Shown here piece after piece: positions 59,178 through 64,000 of a DNA stretch of 64,000 nt. Source of the DNA: Minisyncoccota bacterium. GTDB taxonomy: Bacteria; Patescibacteriota; Minisyncoccia; Phycocordibacterales; SBAW01. The stretch spans positions 8,667 to 72,666 of the forward strand of contig DASZRD010000004.1 in NCBI GenBank assembly GCA_035549255.1, read 5' to 3'. The position numbers were made by a program, and so were the translations under genes. The notes beneath the pieces are model-generated. The model did not search any database. It saw only the letters and a program-made list of their open reading frames with translations, and was not told the DNA's origin. Numbering within the stretch: position 1 is the stretch's first letter; each line of letters opens with the position of its first letter.

Positions 59178-59645
59178 CTAGCGCTCCGGCTCGTGTGGGC
59201 AATTCTCCCCGCCCCAGCACAGCATGCCCGCGCACTGACGGCACTCCATCGGGTAGAGCGCGAAGCGGCCCGACGCCATAAGCGCGATCGCGAAGGAATT
59301 GAGCGCGAGGACCGCCTCGAGTTCATGCGGGCTCCAGCCGCGGCCGAAGCCGGTCAAGAATATCGCGAAGACCATTTCGATGCCGAGCGCGACCGCAATG
59401 GGGCGCGTAAAGATGCCGAGTATGAGCATGAGGCCGCCAATGACCTCAAGCCAGGAGATGAACGGCCCGAAGAACCATGGCCAGAAGACGCCGAGATGGA
59501 GCATCATGCCGCTTACCATCGCGGTATTGTGGATCTTCATCCAGCCATGCGCGACGAAGACTATGCCGGTCGCTACCCGCACGAGGAGCACGCCCAATGA
59601 GCGGCGATACCAAAACCGGCTCATGCGATTGATGATGTTTTTCAT
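59178..59645 (-). CDS. DoxX family membrane protein with Cys-rich C-terminal tail
   Basis: Four TM helices (start MKNIINRMSRFWY...). Tail CRQCAGMLCWGGENCPHE. Confidence 0.55.
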   Translation of the reverse strand: MKNIINRMSRFWYRRSLGVLLVRVATGIVFVAHGWMKIHNTAMVSGMMLHLGVFWPWFFGPFISWLEVIGGLMLILGIFTRPIAVALGIEMVFAIFLTGFGRGWSPHELEAVLALNSFAIALMASGRFALYPMECRQCAGMLCWGGENCPHEPER

Positions 59646-59667
59646 GAACCCTATCGTACCACGAGCA

Positions 59668-60111
59668 TCAGGCGTGGTGATATTTGCCGCCCTCGAGTAT
59701 CGAAGCGGCACGGTAGAGCTGCTCCATTAGTATGAGCCGCACGAGCATATGCGGGAAGACGAGCGAGGAGAGCTTCAGGGTCATATCGGCGCGCTCGCGC
59801 ACGCTGTCGGCAACGCCGAACGCGCCGCCGATCACGAATACGAGCCGCTTGGTCCCCTCCTGCATGTGGCGGCCGATCATCGCGGAGAAAGCCGGTGTTG
59901 TACTATCTTTGCCACGCTCGTCGAGGAGCACGACCTTGTCGCTGTCTTTAATTAATTTCACTATCGCCTCGCCCTCTTTGTCTTTTGTGCCTGCGGGCGG
60001 CATCGCCCACGCGATGGAGAATTTTTTACCGAGCCGCTTTTCGTATTCGGCAATACCGTCGGCAACCGTGTCATCGTGCGCCTTACCGGGAGAAATAATG
60101 AGGATCTGCAT
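59668..60111 (-). CDS. rlmH: 23S rRNA (pseudouridine1915-N3)-methyltransferase RlmH (SPOUT)
   Basis: MQILIISPGK start, and the C-terminal HMLVRLILMEQLYRAASILEGGKYHH. Confidence 0.8.
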   Translation of the reverse strand: MQILIISPGKAHDDTVADGIAEYEKRLGKKFSIAWAMPPAGTKDKEGEAIVKLIKDSDKVVLLDERGKDSTTPAFSAMIGRHMQEGTKRLVFVIGGAFGVADSVRERADMTLKLSSLVFPHMLVRLILMEQLYRAASILEGGKYHHA

Positions 60112-60116
60112 ACGGG

Positions 60117-60419
60117 TTATACGCGCTTCTTCCGCGCGGCGAGCACTCCCCGAACCGACGGGCTTATCTTTTTGTCGGTGCGATGGATGCAGCCGATCCA
60201 GCAGCACGGCCGGCGCATCCCTTCCGTAAGTTCAGAGACGACTCTGCGCACATGGTCATCCCTGGTCTCCGCCTTCTTGACCGAGATAGTCCAGCAAATC
60301 CACTCGTTGCGCGCAAGCGGCGAGATATCTTCCCAGGCCGCAAGCGCTTTGCGATCCGCCACGAGGGCTTTCTTGAGGTCCGGCGGCAGCGTGTGTACTG
60401 TTCCTGAAGATACTTTCAT
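60117..60419 (-). CDS. YdeI/OmpD-associated (bacteriocin-protection) family protein
   Basis: LKKALVADRKALAAWEDISPLARNEWICWTISVKKAETR. The listed long N-terminal extension (to 60713) is Arg-rich antisense artefact. Confidence 0.55.
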   Translation of the reverse strand: MKVSSGTVHTLPPDLKKALVADRKALAAWEDISPLARNEWICWTISVKKAETRDDHVRRVVSELTEGMRRPCCWIGCIHRTDKKISPSVRGVLAARKKRV

Positions 60420-60450
60420 GGCGCGATTATATGGAGCGCTGCAGGATTGG

Positions 60451-60963
60451 TTATGCAGTCTCGTCAAACGGAAGGCCATTGATATAGTCCGCCTTGCCGA
60501 TTGCGACATCGTTCTTGCGCACGAGGCCGTACGCGATCGTAACGTGGAAGAAGAAGTTCGGCAGCGCATAGTAGCGCGCGTAATCGAGGCCCGGCATGCT
60601 CTTTTCCTTCCAATACGGCAGCGTGACGCGGCGCTCAGGGGCGCCCTCAAAGGATTCCTTGGATACTGACTCGACAAACGCGATCGTCTTGTCGATGCGT
60701 GCGAGGAGCTCATCCACTGTAGACTCGGTATCTTCCATCTTCGGCGGCTCGATGCCTGCCAAACGTGCGGTCGCGCCCTTAGCGTGGTCGCAGGCGGTCT
60801 GCACCTGCTTCACGAATGGGAACATATCGGGCGCAAGACGGTCGGCAAGCAGCGCCGCTTCGTCGAGGCCGTGGGACTTCGCCTTGGCGAGGACGGTCTT
60901 GAGGCCGCCGAGGGATTTGATAAATACAGGCACGATGAAATCGTATAGTGATTGCATGAGCAT
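60451..60963 (-). CDS. DUF1993 family protein
   Basis: C-terminal PNFFFHVTIAYGLVRKNDVAIGKADY motif. Start at MLMQSLYDF or MQSLYDF. Confidence 0.55.
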   Translation of the reverse strand: MLMQSLYDFIVPVFIKSLGGLKTVLAKAKSHGLDEAALLADRLAPDMFPFVKQVQTACDHAKGATARLAGIEPPKMEDTESTVDELLARIDKTIAFVESVSKESFEGAPERRVTLPYWKEKSMPGLDYARYYALPNFFFHVTIAYGLVRKNDVAIGKADYINGLPFDETA

Positions 60964-61084
60964 GATTGTACACGAACGTTGTGGGAAAAAGAACATGGCA
61001 TAATAAACGCATTATTGTATGCGCAGGCTCCGCGAAGTAAAGCATCGCCTCCCCCGCGCCGGCTCGCGGTGGCGGCTCGGAGTC

Positions 61085-62260
61085 ATGTCGGGCATGGTGT
61101 TCTTCTTCGTCATTTTCGACGGGATCATCATGTACCTCGCACCCATCGTGATGCAGAACGCGGGCGTGTCGCTCGGCACCATCGGCCTCCTGCTCGGCCT
61201 CTCGTCGGTCGCGGGGATGTGCTTCGATGTGATCCTGCTCAGAGCCCTCGAGAACACCGGCTATCGCGCGATATTTTCTTACATGTTCCTCGTGGCGCTC
61301 ACCGTGCCGTACTTCCTCTTCGCGCAGAATACCGTCACGTTTTATCTCCTCGCGATGGCGGCATGGGGCCTCTATTACAATCTCTACTTTATCGGCTCGC
61401 TCGACTTCGTGCGGCAGAGCGCGGGCGTACATGAGCACACGTCCTCCTTCGGCGTGCTCAAGGTCTTCGAGGGGCTGGGATATCTGCTGGCGCCCTTCTT
61501 TGGCTCGCTGGTCCTGCTGACAATCTCTGCGGCATATCCGATGCCGGCGTGGATCTTTCTGCCGCTCATGATCGCCTTTATGCTCTTCATGCTGCTGGCT
61601 CTGCGCCGTGCGAGACCGCGCGTCGTCGAACACAAGAAGAGAGATGCGCTCAGCACGCTGGTGCAGATCGGCATTTGGCGCTCGATCGGCCGCGTGATAT
61701 TCCCCCTTCTCCTCCTCACGCTCATCATCAATCTCGTCGACGCTGCCGTGTGGACGATTGGCCCCCTCTTCTCCGAGTCGCTCTCGATCCCCGGCGGGCT
61801 CACCGGCGGCGCGTTCATGCTCGCCTATACGATCCCGCCGCTTATTGTCGGATGGTTCGTGGGGTCGCTCGTCGCGCGCAGGGGCGCCAAGCGCGTAGGC
61901 ATGGGTTCGCTTCTTATCGGATCGCTCCTCCTCATACCGATCGGCGTCATGAGCTCGGCCGCGGCGCTGGTGGGCGCGATATTCTTGGTGTCGATATTCT
62001 TCTCGCTCATCTGGCCTACGATCAACGGCGCGTTCGAGGACACAATCGCCGCCTCGCCCCAATATCACGAAGAGATCGAGACCATCGGCGACTGGTTCAC
62101 CAATATCGGTGACACCTTAGGCCCCATGCTCGGCGGCTATGCGGCGCAGATTTTCGGCGTGCAGCACTCCTTCGCTATCATGGGCATCTGCGGCGTACTG
62201 GTAGCAATCATCCTCCTGCGCGCCACGCCGCCGGCGCTTGTGCAAAAGATCGTTTCCTAA
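61085..62260 (+). CDS. MFS transporter (12 TM)
   Basis: 12 predicted TM helices and an MFS-like fold. Start chosen at MSGMVFFF; the listed start is 61019. Confidence 0.6.
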   Translation: MSGMVFFFVIFDGIIMYLAPIVMQNAGVSLGTIGLLLGLSSVAGMCFDVILLRALENTGYRAIFSYMFLVALTVPYFLFAQNTVTFYLLAMAAWGLYYNLYFIGSLDFVRQSAGVHEHTSSFGVLKVFEGLGYLLAPFFGSLVLLTISAAYPMPAWIFLPLMIAFMLFMLLALRRARPRVVEHKKRDALSTLVQIGIWRSIGRVIFPLLLLTLIINLVDAAVWTIGPLFSESLSIPGGLTGGAFMLAYTIPPLIVGWFVGSLVARRGAKRVGMGSLLIGSLLLIPIGVMSSAAALVGAIFLVSIFFSLIWPTINGAFEDTIAASPQYHEEIETIGDWFTNIGDTLGPMLGGYAAQIFGVQHSFAIMGICGVLVAIILLRATPPALVQKIVS

Positions 62261-62281
62261 ATCTAGCGAATCAGATCAATA

Positions 62282-63223
62282 TTATGGCGACGGCACCCGG
62301 GAAATAGCGCCGGTCGCGCGGTCGTAGGAATACTGGCCGCAGTCTGGGCATGCCTGCTCTCCCTCGCCATCTCCCTTTTGATATTTAAAGAATAATATTT
62401 TCAAGCCATCTTTGGAGATCGATACTCCCTGCTGCGTGCCGTAGGGAAACACTTGTACGGTGTCGGCGTTCTTGTCGATGATACAGATTGCGTTGTCATT
62501 GGGGTAGCCGATCACGCTGCCGTCTTGCGAAAACGCTGGCGGATATACCTGCGGGTAAATGATATCGGTGCTCGATGTGTTGCACGCCGCGGGCAGCGCC
62601 TTGGCGTACTGAGTATTATCGGTCATGAGGCTCACCGGGCCGATCACGTCGGAGTTTTGATAAATAAAATTCTTGTCGTGAGGAACAGGTACGAGAGTAA
62701 AGGTCGCCGCGTCGGCGCCCTGAAGCGGCCGGTAGAGGTTGTAGACATGAGTCGCATCTTTGCCGTAGCCGGTCTGCATGTTGTCCGACCCCGGCACCGG
62801 CACGATGCTGAATGTCTTGGGGTCAGCGCCCGGCAGAAGATAATACCCTTCCCAATATACATGAGATGCATCCTCGGCGTATTCTCCGTTGATGACCGTG
62901 AAGGTCGCAGGGTCTGCGTCGTTGACGATCTGATTGCACCAATACACGTAGTGCCTGTCCTTGCCGTAATTGCCGAGCGAAGAGACCTGGAACGTTGCGT
63001 AATCTGCCTCAGGCATAGCGTTGCCCATGCAATATACGGTAGTGTCCTGCCGCGAAAACCAGGTAAAGCCTTGGCCGTTGACCCAATTCATCGGCAGCGC
63101 GCTTACAGGAAGCCAGGTGATCTGCACGGGGGTTGCTGACGGTGCCTTGAACAGAAGAATATACAGCCCACCTACGGTAAGCATAAGGGCTGCGGCGGCT
63201 CCGAAAATAATCTTTTTTCGCAT
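62282..63223 (-). CDS. Secreted DKNYY-repeat protein with C-terminal beta-propeller-like region
   Basis: Signal anchor. Repeats KDRHYVYW / DASHVYWEGYY / DATHVYNLY / DKNFIYQ resemble the DKNYY family. Confidence 0.5.
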   Translation of the reverse strand: MRKKIIFGAAAALMLTVGGLYILLFKAPSATPVQITWLPVSALPMNWVNGQGFTWFSRQDTTVYCMGNAMPEADYATFQVSSLGNYGKDRHYVYWCNQIVNDADPATFTVINGEYAEDASHVYWEGYYLLPGADPKTFSIVPVPGSDNMQTGYGKDATHVYNLYRPLQGADAATFTLVPVPHDKNFIYQNSDVIGPVSLMTDNTQYAKALPAACNTSSTDIIYPQVYPPAFSQDGSVIGYPNDNAICIIDKNADTVQVFPYGTQQGVSISKDGLKILFFKYQKGDGEGEQACPDCGQYSYDRATGAISRVPSP

Positions 63224-63262
63224 GGCTTTGGCGTTCAGGACATACTGCAGACAATCATTTTA

Positions 63263-63724
63263 TTATGAAGGGGCAACGATGAAGCGAACGAAGTAATCCG
63301 GCGCTCCCTGAACAACGCTCTTTACGCGCAGGTCGACTTCACCATTCCCATCAAGCTCCACCTGTGTCGACCAGCATTCCGGCGTAGCCTCGTACGCTTC
63401 GCCGGGAAGACCGCCGTTCGATATATATCCTCCCGTGGCGTTGCCTGAGACAGTGGTCCAGGAATGGAGGATGTCCTCGGGATACAAACTTTTTGGCGTA
63501 TTGATGAAGAGGCGCGTCGTGTCCTTCACATATTGGACGGAATTATTCGATATCGGCGTATTCACGGTGCCGCTCGGGTTTTCGGAATGACACGCAAGAA
63601 TGGCGGCCGCATACGAGCCGGGGCCGTGTCGGTCGTAGGTGTACCACACAGCGCATGCTCCCGCCGCGACGAGCGCCAGAAGGATGCCTGCTCTTATGCC
63701 TATATACATGCTTTTTCGTTTCAT
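63263..63724 (-). CDS. Secreted hypothetical protein (153 aa)
   Basis: Signal anchor MKRKSMYIGIRAGILLALVAAGACAVW. Confidence 0.4.
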   Translation of the reverse strand: MKRKSMYIGIRAGILLALVAAGACAVWYTYDRHGPGSYAAAILACHSENPSGTVNTPISNNSVQYVKDTTRLFINTPKSLYPEDILHSWTTVSGNATGGYISNGGLPGEAYEATPECWSTQVELDGNGEVDLRVKSVVQGAPDYFVRFIVAPS

Positions 63725-63807
63725 GCGATTACGTATGCGCGGCTTCGAACGAGGCACTATCGGGCGTTGGATATGGGCAAGTATAGCAAACTGCCCTGCC
63801 GCCACTT

Positions 63808-64000
63808 AGCCTCGTATCCCGTGGCGATAGCTGATGGCGCCGATTGCCTGCACAATAAACAGCGTCACGGCCGTGCCAAAGTTGCCCGTAATCAACGATA
63901 CGAGCCAGAATACGAGCAGCGTGAAGTTGAGCACCATATAGGCGCGTCGCGTCGCGCGCATCGTGAGGAGCTGTTCGCGCTCGTCTTCTTCCTGAAAATC
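63808..64000 (-). CDS. 3'-partial-window ORF (C-terminal fragment of a membrane protein; continues beyond the window)
   Basis: Open minus-strand frame from the window edge to the stop at 63808, with a TM-like segment VLNFTLLVFWLVSLITGNFGTAVTLFIV. Confidence 0.3.

Noticed and set aside
60420-60713. Listed N-terminal extension of ORF 60117..60713
   Set aside because: Arg/Ser-rich antisense-type sequence overlapping the DUF1993 gene. The conserved YdeI-like domain begins at ATG 60419.

Overview
High-GC (~60%) bacterial chromosome segment, mostly housekeeping genes. The mix of LamG-repeat giant surface proteins, a sortase/LPXTG pair, a short ValRS and many tiny membrane-protein genes suggests a reduced-genome lineage such as Patescibacteria/CPR; that taxonomic call is inference only. 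Recognisable genes: tsaD (5'-partial), valS, a PrsW-like protease, hsp20, four tRNAs (Phe-GAA, Arg-CCT, Gly-CCC, Ser-GGA), a glutaredoxin-like protein, an FtsB-like protein, lepA, murJ, an O-antigen-ligase/TPR protein, RNase P RNA (rnpB, not in the ORF track), htpX, lemA, groES-groEL, secG, an oligopeptide-type SBP, RNase J, a mutY-like glycosylase, an RRM protein, sortase plus an LPXTG substrate, a marR-hlyD-hlyD-MFS efflux operon, a ZIP transporter, msrB, lexA, a cyclophilin, atl, rlmB, a GH18 hydrolase, typA, a CcdA-thioredoxin fusion and rlmH. Most unusual is a minus-strand surface operon (6879..16480). It encodes a 1602-aa chimeric protein: N-terminal excisionase-type HTH, one TM segment, a phage-tail-fibre-like shaft with a Peptidase-S74 intramolecular-chaperone motif, and a Ser/Thr/Pro tandem-repeat tail. 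Downstream in the same operon are a small membrane protein and two multi-LamG lectin-like proteins. Other points of interest: a low-GC ~0.95 kb islet (28.4-29.3 kb) with two orphan small genes bounded by perfectly duplicated 38-bp terminator repeats; an orphan promoter/terminator pair suggesting a ~320-nt sRNA (48.5-48.85 kb); a Lys-rich N-terminal extension or upstream ORF on groES; and several apparently leaderless genes. Coordinates were counted by hand from the text and may be off by 1 nt in places.
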